DNA of 64,000 bases. Source: Ginglymostoma cirratum (taxonomy: Eukaryota). The stretch is taken from positions 21,262,113 to 21,326,112 of the forward strand of contig JAHRHZ010000098.1 in assembly GCA_024137785.1 (NCBI GenBank), in the 5' to 3' direction. The translations under genes and the position numbers were made by a program. Positions within the stretch are counted from its first letter, which is position 1, and the number at the start of each line of letters is the position of its first letter. The notes under the pieces were generated by a model. It saw only the letters and a program-made list of their open reading frames with translations, was not told the origin of the DNA and did no database searches. Of the stretch, positions 26,941-40,439 are shown in pieces.

Positions 26941-27704
26941 ATCACTCTGCTGCTTGGAATTCAAATACAGTGTGTAAATACTACTTCTTCCACATGGTTT
27001 GGATTCTGTGCATTGTGAAGGCAATGCTTTGTCATACAGCCAGACATTTGTGTCAGACATACTATGTCTGTAGTCTGTTAAAATATTTCTTGTACACGCC
27101 GAAAATGTTTTATTTCGTGACAGGAGGAACTGTTAAATTCATTCTAAACAGTCAAAGCATGGTAACAATGCTTGCGTGGCAAATCAGATTATGATATCTG
27201 TAATATCGAAGTGTAGTAGAGGAGTGAGTCTGAACTTTTGATGTTTTACCCAATTTTGGCATTAATGCCAGTATTAAAAACAGACTGGCTCATGAACAAA
27301 TATGCAGTTAGTCTGAGTTAGAATTGATAACTGAAATTGCTGCAGAATAAATTCAGATAGAATGAGCAAAGAAAATGAATGCACTATCATTCCAAGATGC
27401 ATAGAAGATCAAAACTTTCGGGATACCTATTCCCGCCAAAAACAAAGTCAGAGGTATTGGTGAACCCATTGTCCTCAGCCCAACAAATAACTGCTTCACA
27501 TGAGTTTTATTGTTGGAACAACTTGATCAAGATAAAAAGGTTAAAATTTTAAATAAACTGATTAGATCAAAACTTGAATCAGTCCATTGGTCTGAGTTCA
27601 AGTCTAAACTTAAGAAACTAGGATATAAACTGGCATCGGCTGCAGCATTAGCGTTAGGAAACAGCAGCCAGTTTTACAGTCCATCTGATTTTCTATTGTA
27701 ATTA

Positions 27705-27927
27705 AAAACCGAAAGAACTGCGGATGCTGTAAATCAGGAACAAAAACAAAGTTGCTGGAAAAGCTCAGCAGGTCTGGCAGCGTCTGTGAAGGAGAAAACA
27801 GAGTTAGCATTTCGGGTCCAGTACTGAGGAAGGGTCACCAGACCTGAAACGCTAACTCCATTTTGCTTCACAGATGCTGCCAGACCTGCTGAGCTTTTCC
27901 AGTGACTTTGTTTTTGTTTCTGATTTT
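27705..27927. mobile_element. Fold-back (inverted-arm) Penelope-derived repeat
   Basis: About 27730-27820 is the reverse complement of about 27838-27927. Hammerhead-like CTGAGGA...GAAAC sits at 27824-27850 at the junction. Confidence 0.85.
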
Positions 27928-30900
27928 CTACTGTGTTGACTTCAGTGGGGGGGGATGGGGGGAAATTGGAGGGGGAGGGAAATGGGGATGGGGGAGGAGT
28001 GAATAAATTGGGCAATGTGTGGAATTGGCTCCTGGCTCACTCTTACCTGTTTTGCACTTCAAGAGGAAAGGGTACCCCAGGTAGTCGTAGTTCGTTTTAG
28101 TTCTGACATTGAAGGCCTTGTTTTCTAAAATATTGCTACAAGTGAAACATTTCGTACTTTTCTCTTACTAAATCGCCAACGTATCCTTAATGTGAGAGAG
28201 AGCTTTTGGGTTCCTTTTGATCTAATCAGTTTTCCTGTTTGGATAGCAGGGTTTATGAAAGCACTATTAAACTCTACCAATGTAGCGATATCAAACTAAG
28301 TACCAGAGAAGATGCTGTTCCTGAATTCGTGAAAAGATGGTATATTTTTAATTACATCCACTGTGAAAATGATGTCAATACAGCAGCATGTCAGTTTGGG
28401 CAGCTGTCTGTGCACAGTGTGATCTGTAAGTTTGCTGACAGCATTATGGTGAAATTGAGCAGTTCCTCAAGCAGCAGAGAGCTTTTAAATACAGAGTTAT
28501 GTCATGATTGCATTAACTGACACATTGAGACAAGCTTGTAGCTATGAACTTGACAACCAAAAGAATTTTCCAACGTAAGCTTAGGTGGCCTGAGATCTGA
28601 TGTTTGACAGAAGTGGAATCTCTGTCCTCTTTTGGAAAGTGCCAAGAAAAATTTAAAGGAAAATAGAGATGGGCCCACAATTATGCCTTTCCATGGTTAA
28701 TTATATTTAATGTGAAATCTTGGTTCAAAAGAAGTATTAAATTGATGTCATTCTCTCATTGACATTCCTTACAATCAAATCTGGCATTTATTTGCAAAAT
28801 AACATAGTTGTATGGTTGAAAGTAGAGGAGCATGAACTTGCAAGCTGGCTTATCAATATCCAAAAATTTCTTTTTTGTCTTTTTTGTTCCCTGAGTGGAA
28901 CCGTGAGTTTGCAGCTAAAGAATCAGAAGCAGTTTACACATCAGTTGAGTCAGATTCGATGGGAAATGAATGTCTTAGAGAGACAAACATTGTTAAATTG
29001 CCCTCTTCTTGTCAGAATCTCTCAGAATTCAGCTAATGCCACTGGTCCTGCATATGAAAATTTGGCCAGGATTTTACAAGATCAACCATGAGCTTCTAAG
29101 GTGTTGAGAGTAAAACAAAGCAGCTATTTGGTCCAGAATATGTTTTCCATTATTATTGGTACCCTTCTTTGCTTTCACTTTCAACTTTTCCTTGTTTCAT
29201 TGTCTCAATGCTGGCTGATCATTCCCATAAGCACGCAATCATTTTTGAATCTGGACTCTAGCTAAGTGCTCTTCCTGCTGCTGGCATTCTCCATTTAACT
29301 AGGATGGGGACTGGTACCAACACGCCAATTTACCAGTAGCTGGTGGTGGCCAACTTGGAAACATAGAAAGGACAAAGAGTAGGCCATTCAGTAAGATCAC
29401 GTTGGAGTGGTACTTAAGCTTGGAGTCTTCTAACTCAGATGCAGGAGATTTATTCCATGAACCACACCAGCTATCTATGTCATAGTTCCCCCTTCATAAT
29501 ATGGACGTTTGGCGCATAGAAAAGCCGTCTTGCTATAGCTTTGTGATTGAATGAATGGGCAGACAAGAAAAATGTCTCTTTTGCATCAGGGACCTGAAGT
29601 TCAGAAATGAAGCATAAATGCCAGCATGAAAATAAACATTATATATAAATGGAACCAATTAACCAAGAAACCAGAGTTTAGGTCCAAATTGAAACAGTTC
29701 TTTGAAAGACATAATGGACCAGATGATTCTATTCTGAACTGTAAGATTCTACAAAATAACAATACAAGTACTGGCATGTTTTCTGCAACAAGTATTGTGT
29801 TATATTTGTACAGTTCACCTTTTATAATGTCCACACAAATAAAGCAAACTTTGAAATCAGTGAGTCTCATTGGAAAGCTGTATGAGTTACGTGGGAAAAC
29901 AAAGAATAGCAGAGATCAAAAAGCTACCAATGGTTTATATGATTTGACGCATATTATCTTTCACTTCTAGAATATTAGAAAGTGATATCTGACTAAAATT
30001 AATGTGGAAATAATTACTATACTTTTCCCACATCTGATTTATTTAGGAGACATTAGCAACTTGTAATTATATGTGGCATGGTATTTTCTCAGACCATTGA
30101 AATGAAATTCTGCTCAAGTTTATTTCCTTTGTTTTGTGCTAATGGTTTTACCTTGATTTGTGATTCTTCATCTTTGATTTATGTTACGTTCCGTGAGGAA
30201 GCTGACTGTTGCTGCAATGGCCATCTTGGATGTGCTTTTAATGCAATAAGTGGTTGAGGTCAATACAGTTTCTCGGTATGATGATATTGTCTTTCAGTAG
30301 CATGTTCTGCAGTTAGTTTGTAATGTAACCCCTTTTGGGTTCCCTGAAAGCAAATTTGGTAAAGCTGATATATGATGGAACTATATACATTAAAAAGATA
30401 ACCGAGGTTATTTTAATCTCTTGCCCTGTGGTGAGTTTAGAAGTGGGGAGAGCATTTAATGGTCAGGATAAGGAAGTTGGCACCCTTGCTACATTCCTAC
30501 TTGTAACAGGTCAAAATAATCATTTTTTTTCCCAAGGGTTCCTCTTGAGATATGTTTGGGGGCCACTTTTCATTCTCACTAACTCTTTTATGAAGTGATG
30601 CAATCATGGAGTATTAATACCTTTTGTAGTTGTGTTGACTTATGGGGTATTTGAAGTCACACAGGAACAGAATTAGAATAATTCATCAATATCCGAAATG
30701 AATATCAACTCTCTCTGAAAATTAAGGCCACAACACACAACAATAGCATATTTTGTTAGACACCACAATAATTAGATTAGGACAAGACAATAGGCATAAG
30801 TTAACAAAAATTTTGTCAAAATAACTGACACACAGCCCTGTACATAAAGGACGATCACATCAAACACAGATTCCACTGATTGGTGAGGTCATAGCTAATG

Positions 30901-32114
30901 CATTTCTATTATGTATCCACACAGTTGGAACACTTTTTAATCAGGCAGTTATTACCCTATTTCCTGCACCCTGGATCTTAATCTACAATTTAAATGTAAC
31001 AATTTACAATGTTTGTAACAATATGATCCGCTTTTTTTCCAAGTAAAAACTTCTTAAGTTCTGTCCTTTATACAGCTTTAAACTAGAGATTCCACATTAA
31101 TCACCTCTGATTTAAAGCACTATTGCATCCCATTTAGCTTAAAATTCCTTTGTTCATAGGTTTAAAAGTGGTCTCCCTCCTTTACAACCTCCATCCCCTC
31201 TCCTTGCAGCCCCCTACCCTCAATCTTCCCTTGCAACCAATCAGAAGCCAGCTGCTCTTTTGCTCAACACTCCGCAAGGAAGGCAGCAGCTGTTGCAGGC
31301 AAGATATGCATCTAAGGCTCAGATCATTTTTGGATCCCTGGATGCAGGAGGGATTTCCTAGTGTGGGGCTCACAAAAGAGGAGGAGATAGTAGTGAGGGC
31401 AGCGGTTGGCTGTCAGTTACACCTCCCCTCATTCCAAAGCTGAATCTGTCAGCATACATTGAGAGCCTAATTTGAATGAGGGGATCACCCACCCGTGCAC
31501 GTGCATACACATACAAACACCCAACCCAACCAGGAAATCACAAGTACCTTTCACCGGTTTGCTCATCGTGTTCATTGTCACATGGCAACAGACCCAACTA
31601 CCATTGATCCTGAGGATATGCCTGCTGGTGACTTCTCAGCTGCCTGTTTGTCACATTAATATTGTGCCAGGCTTCCCAGAAGTGGTTCTTCCTGGCCCAC
31701 TATCTGAGACCCTCAGCACCTCCATAACATTTCTCCCCAAGATATTTGATTCCAGATCTGTGATGAGTTTGTTACCCTTGGCATTATTTGGCTAGAAATG
31801 AAATGATCAACAGAGTCTTGACACTTAATCCCTAGCTAGCGAGCTCCCCCTTTTAGATGTGGACCTCAAGTGTGGGTGGGATTGAGGTTACCTTTAATGC
31901 CTTCTGTAATTGAATAGCATTTCGTGGTTAGGCTTACGTATGAAAAATAGACAATTGACTTGGGATATCCTACTTTGTGAAGCTGAACATGTTTATGTAG
32001 TAAAACCATCAAGAAAACTGTGAAATAGTTAAAAACAAGGTCCTAATATGTTGTTTTATTAAACATTGGATGGTTAGAAGACATCATATATGTAACCATT
32101 TGTTTTCAATCATT

Positions 32115-32525
32115 ATTTGGGCTTATACTCACTGGAGTTCCGGAAGAATGAGGGGGAAATCTGTTTGAGGTATGTAAAATGCTAAGAGGCTTGATAAGGT
32201 GGTTGTTGAACAGATACTCCCCTTTGTGAGACAGTCTCGAAGAAAAGGTCATTTAGTATAGAGTGAGAGGAGGTAGGTTCAAAACTGACATGAGGAGAAA
32301 CAGATTCACACCCTCTGAGAGATGCGTGTGGCACTCATTGCTCCAGAGTGCAATGGAGGCAGAATCAATCAACAGATTCAAGAAAGAAAAACAGGATAAC
32401 GAGCTGAGGGGAGCAGGCAGGAAAGTGGAGTTGACACCAGGATAAGGTCAGCCATGATTATGTTAAATGGTGGAATGGGGTTGAAGGGCTGAATTGCCTA
32501 CTCCCAGTCTTAATTCTGATGTTCC
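32115..32525 (+). mobile_element. CR1 LINE 3' fragment
   Basis: LGLYSLEFR-RMRG.LFEVCKMLRGLDKV, MRRN.F, and tail gaagggctgaattgcctactcc. Confidence 0.88.
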
Positions 32526-33259
32526 TAGTATAGGCCGCAAAGGTTTTGGTACTGAGTATATTGAACTTAGATGCCATGTGCACTTAGGCTGTGTATTTGT
32601 GAAAAAAATGCACTGGTTGGCTACTATTTATACAGTTCATGTTAAAGATAATGACCTGGCAAATTTTGATGTTTGTATTAGTTTTACTGTGATTTATGGA
32701 GTCATTTAATTCAATCGAACAGTTCAAAATATATTTTCATTGGAATTAATCTTTTTACTTTTGAGCCATTCAGCACTCCATACTTGCTGAAGTTCTCTGA
32801 TCTTCTGTGTGTCGGTAGCAAGTGTCGATGTGACTAATGTATTGCAGCAAATCTAATGCGGTCATTTTCTGAAACTTGTATTTCGCTCAATACTTATTGA
32901 CAAGGCCTTTTGTGGTTTTCTTGGAAAAGTAGAGGTATGGAGACTTTTTAAAAAATCACCCTGTTCAGAGATGTTATTATACACCTCTGGAGCAGATTTG
33001 ATTCGAACCAAGGCCTCCTTGCTCAAGGGTAAAGGCAGAACCACTGAACCTGCAGTACTAATACAGATGTTATGTAGGTGAATTATCAACACCTTGATCC
33101 GCTTTCCTGTCAAGGTTACATATTAAATTTTCGCAATCTTATGATTTATTCTTGTCACCATTACTAATGCTACAACCTAAGTTCTTCATATCAGTCTTTG
33201 TTGAATTAAGTTTGTTCTTTTTATATTGCATTCCTTCAAAGTAATTGTGTTTTTAAAAA

Positions 33260-33810
33260 TGATTCATGGATGTTGGTGATGCTAGCTGGGCCAGTATTTA
33301 TTGCTCACCTTAATTGCCCTTGACAAGGTGGAGGTGAGCTGCCTTCTAGAACCACAGCATTCTGTATGGTGCATACAAACTTACAGTGGTGTTAGAGAGC
33401 AAGTTCCAGTATTTTGTTCCAGTGACAATGAAAAAATGGTGATATACTTCCAAATCAGGATGGGAAGTGGCTTTGCAGAGGAACTTACAAGTGGTGGTGT
33501 TCCTAAGTATCTTCTGCCCTTGTCCTTTTAGATGGTAGAGCTGACAGGATTTGGAAGGTGCTGTCTAAGGAGCTTTTAGCAAATATTATAATCATTCTAA
33601 TAGATAATACGCACTGCTGTCATTGTGCTGATGGTGGAGGGAGTGAAGGTTGAAAATATTAAATAGGATATCAAATAAATGAGCTGCTTTGTCCTGGATG
33701 GTGTCCACTTTCTTGACAGGTAGCAAGTATTCCATCACACTCCTGATTTGTGCCTTGTAGATAGTGGACAGGTGTTATGGAGTCAGGAGGTGATCTAATC
33801 GCCACTTCAA
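33260..33810 (-). mobile_element. CR1-family LINE 3' fragment
   Basis: Reverse complement of the family at 34050-34590, including the gggcaataaa tail. Confidence 0.75.
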
Positions 33811-34049
33811 TTTAATCAGTTTTCAACAAGGTTAACACCACATCACAGCTGGACAAAATTCTGGAAATTATTGTTCTAGTTAAAAATCTAGGTTCTGTAA
33901 TCAAAATTCAACTATTTGGCATTCAACAAATATAAAATTACACTTTCAGGGTGAATGAGTAGTAAGTATGAATTTGGTACAATGTTGAAAGTTCAAATAC
34001 ACGTATTCAATCACTTCTAATATTTTATAGATTTTCAGTGATAATAAGG

Positions 34050-34590
34050 GTGCAAGAATGGCAGTTGCTCCCCTCCTGACTCTGAAAACCATGCCTACCG
34101 GCTACAAGGCGCAGGTCTGTGGTGTGCTGTAGTGTTCTCCACTTGTGTGTTTGGGTAACTCCAATAACCTACAAGAAACTCAACATCATCTAGGACAAAG
34201 CAGCTGGCTTGACCAGCAGCCTATCCACATCTTAAACATCCAGTGCAAATTGCTGCGGTGCCTCCTATGTGCATGAAACTTCTTTTGACAGCACGTTCTA
34301 AATTCTTGATCTCTACACCTAAAAGGACAAGGAGCATGTGAATAGCACCACCTGCATGTTCCCCTTCGGTTAATACATCATTCTAACTTGGAACTATATC
34401 ATCTTTCCTTCTGGTCAAATCCCAGACCTCCCTATCTGAACACCATTGTGGATGCACTTACACCATATTGGCTGGCTGACTACAGCAGTTCAGGAAAGTA
34501 GCATACTTATCACCTTCTGGAGGATAGTTACGTTTGGGCAATAAATGCTGGTTTTACCAGCAATTGCCCCATTTCATTTAAGAACATATC
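34050..34590 (+). mobile_element. CR1-family LINE 3' fragment
   Basis: YKAQV...SPL and KKLNII*DKAAGL motifs, tail gggcaataaatgctgg. Confidence 0.75.
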
Positions 34591-35118
34591 AAAAAATGTC
34601 AATTCATTGGTTTTTAATTGAATGCATTTGGGAAGGGACCTCATCACTGCACCCTGTAGAGAAATGTAACATCACCGACAACAATTTCTGGTCTGTATGA
34701 GTACTAGAAATAGCCATCAATTTCAGAGGAGTAATGGCAGTGAATGTTGATAGCCCCTCCATCATTTATATTGCCAAATAATTTCAAGCCTGAAAAATGT
34801 TTCACTGTCCGTGGATCCTGACATACTGAATTATGTCAGAGTGGTTATAAATATTGAAAGACAACAGATTTATCTTGCTTTTGGTGTTTTGAGGCAGACC
34901 CCAGCTTGAAATGTTTTGTAACTTCTAAAACTTTTCAATGTTCTGGAATCCACAATGAACTTGTGTATTGGATTTTTACACAATTGCATAGGAATTCATA
35001 TTGTATTTGTTAGGTTGCAATTATTTTGATGTGTTTGTGTGTTAAAACTACTACTCCCAGAAGCAGCAGATAATCTGTTCATGACAGATTTAATTAAAAC
35101 TTTTTTTGAAAACAAAAG

Positions 35119-36007
35119 GCCATTAGCAGAAGTAATGTATCAGAGATCATAGGAACTGCAGATGCTGGAGAATCCGAGATAACAAGGTGTAGAGCTGGAT
35201 GAACACAGCAGGCCAAGCAGCGTCACAGGAGCAGGAAAGCTTGACGTTTCAGGACTAGACCCTTCATCTGAAATGGGGGAGGGGAAGAGGGTTCTGAAAT
35301 AAATAGGGAGGGGGGGAGGCGGATAGAAGATGGATAGAGAAGAGGATAGGTGGAGAGGAGACAGACAAGTCAAAGAGGCGGGGATGGAGCCAGTAAAGGT
35401 GAGTGTAGGTGGGGAGGTAGGGAGGAGACAGGTCAGTCCAGGGAGGACGGACAGGTCAAGGGGGCGGGATGAGATTAGTAGGTAGGAAATGGGGGGGTGC
35501 GGCTTGAGGTGGGAGGAGGGGATAGATGAGTGGAAGAACAGGTTAGGGAGGCGGGGACGAGCTTCAAAATCTCCCCTCCCCCTACCGCATCCCAAAACCA
35601 GCCCAGCTCGACCCGCCTCCCTAACCTGTTCTTCCACTCACCTATCCCCTCCTCCCACCTCAAGCCGCACCCCCCATTTCCTACCTACTAACCTCATCCC
35701 GCCCCCTTGACATGTCCGTCCTCCCTGGACTGACCTATCTCCTTCCTACCTCCCCACCTACACTCACCTTTACTGGCTCCATCCCCGCCTCTTTGACTTG
35801 TCTGTCTCCTCTCCACCTATCTTCTCCTCTATCCATCTTCTATCCGCCTCCCCCTCTCTCCCTATTTATTTCAGAACCCTCTTCCCCTCCCCCATTTCTG
35901 ATGAAGGGTCTCGGCCTGAAACGTCAAGCTTTCCTGCTCCTGTGACGCTGCTTGGCCTGCTGTGTTCATCCAGCTCTACATCTTGTTATCCCGCCATTAG
36001 CAGAAGT
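35119..36007. mobile_element. Young palindromic Penelope-like insertion with 15-bp TSD
   Basis: Arms 35178-35563 and 35605-35990 are near-perfect reverse complements. Direct repeat GCCATTAGCAGAAGT at 35119-35133 and 35993-36007. Confidence 0.92.
35895..35928 (+). ncRNA. Minimal hammerhead ribozyme motif (intact core)
   Basis: ttt-CTGATGA(35898)-agggtctcggcct-GAAAC(35918)-GTC^aag. Confidence 0.7.
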
Positions 36008-36139
36008 GATTGACTAGATGTATTCATGTGGGGTTCAGGCAGTATGTTTGGAATGGTGCGCACTAGTCTGAAATGATATTTTATGGCTATCCACCCACCT
36101 CACCCCCAACAAAGGAGGATGTGATGAATTTGAACGAGA

Positions 36140-36685
36140 CCCCTGTTTCACTTCTGTTGGAGTATTGTTTTCAATTCTGGGCACTGCACTTTGAGAAAGA
36201 TGTGAAGGTATTGGTGAGAGAGCAGAAAAGATCTACAAGAATGGTTCCAGGGGTGAGAAACTTCAATAATGAAGATAAATTGGACAAGCTGTGACTATTT
36301 TTCTTGGAGAAGGGTATGTTGGGAGGAAGTTTGACAGAGGTATTCAGAATTGTAAGGAATATAGACAGAGTACCTAGGGCAAAACTGTTCCCACTTGTGG
36401 AAGGATCATGGATGTGAGGGCACAGATTTAATATAATTGGCAAAATAAACAGAAGTAACATGAGAAAAATCTTTTCCGCATTATGAGTGATTTAAGGTCT
36501 GGAATGCATTGCCGGAGAGTGTGGTAGGTTCATTCAAAACATTTAAAAGAGAATATGACTATTACCTGAAAAGGAAGTGCAGGATACAGGGAAAAGGTAA
36601 AGAAAAGACACTAAGTGAAATGCTCATTCAGAAAGTGGGGCATTTGAAATGGGCTGAATGGTTTCCTCCGGTATAAACAATTCAG
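36140..36685 (+). mobile_element. CR1 LINE 3' fragment
   Basis: LEYCFQFWALHFEKDVKVLVREQKRSTRMVPG is a classic CR1 ORF2 C-terminus, followed by a 3' tail. Confidence 0.9.
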
Positions 36686-37479
36686 TGATACTCCAGTTAG
36701 TGCCTAATGCTGGTACATTTCTGGCATTTGATGAGTGGGAGAATCCTAAGGAATGCTTTCTGTAAAAGCTTGAAGCTTCTAATCAGAATATACCATGCTT
36801 ATGACAATTTCATATTTCATGACTGATTAGAATTTTGTTTTTCAAAAAAGGAAAATGCCTGCTATTTGGATTTCAGTAGACCAACAAGACCTTGACTTCT
36901 TGTCATTGTTCAGAAAAAAACTGCTTTTTCTGACTCGCTATCATCTGTACCATAATTTACTTCGTAACATTCCTGACGAGGAACTAAAACGATCTGCAGA
37001 GCAATATAAAAACACTGCCTTTTTTTGCAAGCATAGCCATAACCTTGAATGTGGAGAAGGATATTCCTTATGTAAAGCTATCAGTAGGGTCACACACTGG
37101 TTAATATGTAGATAAATAAATTTGAAAATGCATACAATGGGTTTTTATATTTTGTTATGATGCAACATCTATTAGATGATGTGACAACATTGCAACTGAA
37201 GCCATATCTTGCCCCACCCCCTCTGTACAGCCATTAATTTGCTTTATTCTGATGTATTTATTTGTACTGAACATTTAATAATGGATGAAACCATTACAAC
37301 ATTTTGTGGGAAATTTGGAGTTAATGCTTGTTGGAAAATATTGACAAAGAGTAATGTCTTATGGGAATGTTCATGTTTTAATGATTGGAGGTCATTTATG
37401 GTCACCCCTAATGTAAGGACCAGTTTGGACTACTTTAGATTTGCTGATCTTTGGTTTTTCACAAAAATGTTAAAAAAAA

Positions 37480-37830
37480 GGAACTTGTATTAAACCACAT
37501 TTTTCAGATCGCAAGTGTCGCATGTACAATGTAGAACTGAAATGAATTGACCCTTTCGCACGCCACCAGGTGCCTCAAACAGCAATGAGCTAAATGGTCA
37601 GACCATTTAGTTTTGGAGTGTTGGTTAAAGGAAGAATGCTGATTAGGAAACTGAGATTTTTTTAAAAAATAGTATAATGGGTTTTTGATTTAAAGTGTTT
37701 CTGCATAGCAGCACCTCTGATAATGAGCACCCTCCTTTGCTGCACTGAAGTGTGAGCTTAAATTGCATTTTCAAGTTTTAACTGGGGCTGCATGTCCACA
37801 GTTTTTTTGACTCTGACAAAGTGCTGTCAT
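37480..37830 (-). mobile_element. Decayed Deu-domain SINE
   Basis: cagcacctctgataatgagcaccctcctttgctgcactgaagtgt is the antisense Deu-like core; similar to 7815-8215. Confidence 0.6.
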
Positions 37831-40439
37831 CTGATTGACGTTGAAACATACCAATGGAATAATTGAATGTGATCTCCAAACCACTTTTATAAATCCTATA
37901 ATCAGGTAATAAAAACCATCACCGTCTACCAATGGGCTTAACTGTATGTAGAAAGATTTGTAGAATGTGGTTGCCAAAACACTAGTATAAATCCTGAAAT
38001 CTCATAATAAGAATGGAATGTGACTCAATCAAACATCATAGTGCAATTGGGCTTGAGTATTTTCTAAATGATGGATAACAATATCTCAATGCAATTTGCT
38101 GCCAGAAATATTTTCAAGTTCGATTATGGTAACTGTAACATTGCGCAAAAACTAATGTTCTTTTGGGAGTCGGAATTTGGTGAAAAATTTCAATTATCCA
38201 AATGTTTGAATTTAAATAAACAAAACAGGCAGTTTTAGCTAAATTATTTGAACTCCATAAAGAGTAAATAATTATGATAATTGATTAATTGGTATTCAAT
38301 CTCCTGATGATGTGTTTGAGAAATGTTTTACTAACATGGGTTACTTTGGTTCAAATTCTAAATCCAAATCTCCACAGTCAAAGATATATAGCTCATTTTA
38401 AAAAAAGCAGTAATTGATGATGTTTTGAAAAGGATAATGTCACTGAAACAAGGGGCAAAGGAGACTTTATTCAAGTTCATTATTGAGATACAATATTTAG
38501 ACGGCTGGAAGCCTGTTGTATATAATTTTACCTGCTACACCTGCTCTGTGATTTTGCTATGAGCTTATTGAGTTAAAGAGGGAAAACATTTTAATTTTGT
38601 GACACAATCACCACTTTTCTTTGTATTGAAAACATTAAATTATTTACTTTTCAACAGGAAGCTTAGCAAGGATTTTGACATTAATTCCAGGGGTAGCTAT
38701 ATATATATAGCTGGTTTGTTTTTTGGTGGTGGGGCCTTCAGCTCCCTAGTCTATAAGCTCTGGAATTTCCTCCCTTGACTTTTCTGCTTCTTCTCCTTTA
38801 CAAACCTCCTTGATCCCTACTTTGACAAAGCTTTTGGTCATTTGCCCGAATATAACTTTTCGGTATCGAATTATGTTTAATAATTCTCCTGTAAGACACC
38901 TTGGGACATTATACTACTTCAAAAGTGCTGCATAAATGCTAACTGTTGTTAATATCAGACAGTTCTGGTCAGAGAGACCACAATCAAGATTACAATAAAT
39001 GTTTTCTTTTATGGCTCCATATTATTGATTTATTACTAGCATTACAGTGATTAAGGATAAAGAAATTAAGAGGCAAAAGAAAATCTCTTACATAATTGTG
39101 CAAAACCTACACAGTTTCTTAGATATTGCTATATTTCAGATAACAATGGCTGTGGTAATACACAGTGGGATATATCATAATTTTGCACATATGGACAAAA
39201 TCATACTTTGTGCTTTATCAGGACAAGGGGCATCCCTCAGCAGCATGATTACATCAAGCTTGGGAGATAAGTATGGAGTTATTAAATGAGTGGTGGAGTA
39301 CATTGACTTCCTTATGTGTCATTTGACCCCAGGTTCCCTCTGGTTGTGGGAACTCTGAAAGGGGATCCTGCAGAGTCATGGCAGTAATTAATGAAGGCAT
39401 TGCGAGTTTCACCTGTCAGCTGGACATCTGGCCAGAGTCTTTGGAGAAATCCCACTGTAGAAAGCTGCTGGCCAATCGCAGTTTGATGGTTGTGCATTGA
39501 AAGCAGTGTTGCGGAACAAGGAGCTGTCTCTTGGAATGAAGGATTCCATCCCACCCAGGAGTCCGATGGAAACTCTAACTGAATTTGAATTTTGGGCTTC
39601 TATATGGTATGTGCATTTGAATCCAGTGGCAGTGATTTGAGGCCCCTTAGTCATCAGTGATTGCCCATATGAGGGCTTCATTGGGTGTTGGGCTGGAAAA
39701 CTATCTATGAAGCTTCGCACCCCAAACTTAATCAAGACTGAGGTGAGAAAGAGGTATGGTCACCATCCACCAGTCTCCTGCCCAATTAAATACCGCCAAC
39801 ATGCTCTAGAGGAAGGCATTAAATTCGAGCGGGGAAGAGAGAGAGAGAGTCAGCATCTCCTGATGTAACTGATATATCCCTTACTAGTGTAGTTATTCAA
39901 ATAGTATGAAAGGGAGGTTTGTTGGCACAGAGAATGTATGGATAATAAAAGGCGGAATATAACATGATTAAATAACAGAAGTGTTAAGAGTTGAAATTAA
40001 TAGTAGACAAAGTAGCTGTTTCAGAAATCATGGACTTTATCCACCCATTTTATGTCAAATTTTCTGTCTTTCTCAAAGTAATGAAGCTTTCAATTAGATA
40101 GCAGTCTTATACATCACTCTTAATTATCAAATATTTCATTTTTGGCATTGCAGAATTGTTTGTCACAACTATATTTACATTCATACCACTTTACATAATT
40201 CTTATTGGCTCTAAGTGTGATACGATTGTGAGTATGGTCCCAGTTTTTATTCCTTCAACTTTTAGTCCTGGTCTTTTAAGTTTCTAGCAAAGAGAGTCTC
40301 CAAGTTTGCAGTGCTGCTGTTTGAAAGAACAAAAGCTAGGTATTGTCCAGTTGAGGGCAATTTTAATTCCGATGTTATTTCATCTAGTTACAGAACAGCA
40401 AAACTCATCAATAAGGAGAGATCAACTCAAATGTAATAT

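Noticed and set aside
30633-31020. Possible antisense solo LTR (TGTT...TGTAACA)
   Set aside because: Termini match poorly and there is no TSD.
35140-36013. Several ORFs up to 165 aa
   Set aside because: They come from the low-complexity Penelope pLTR palindrome; the same peptide recurs at 14508-14699.
36971-36995. CTGACGA...AAAAC as a hammerhead
   Set aside because: No stem II, no GAAA, and no Penelope context.
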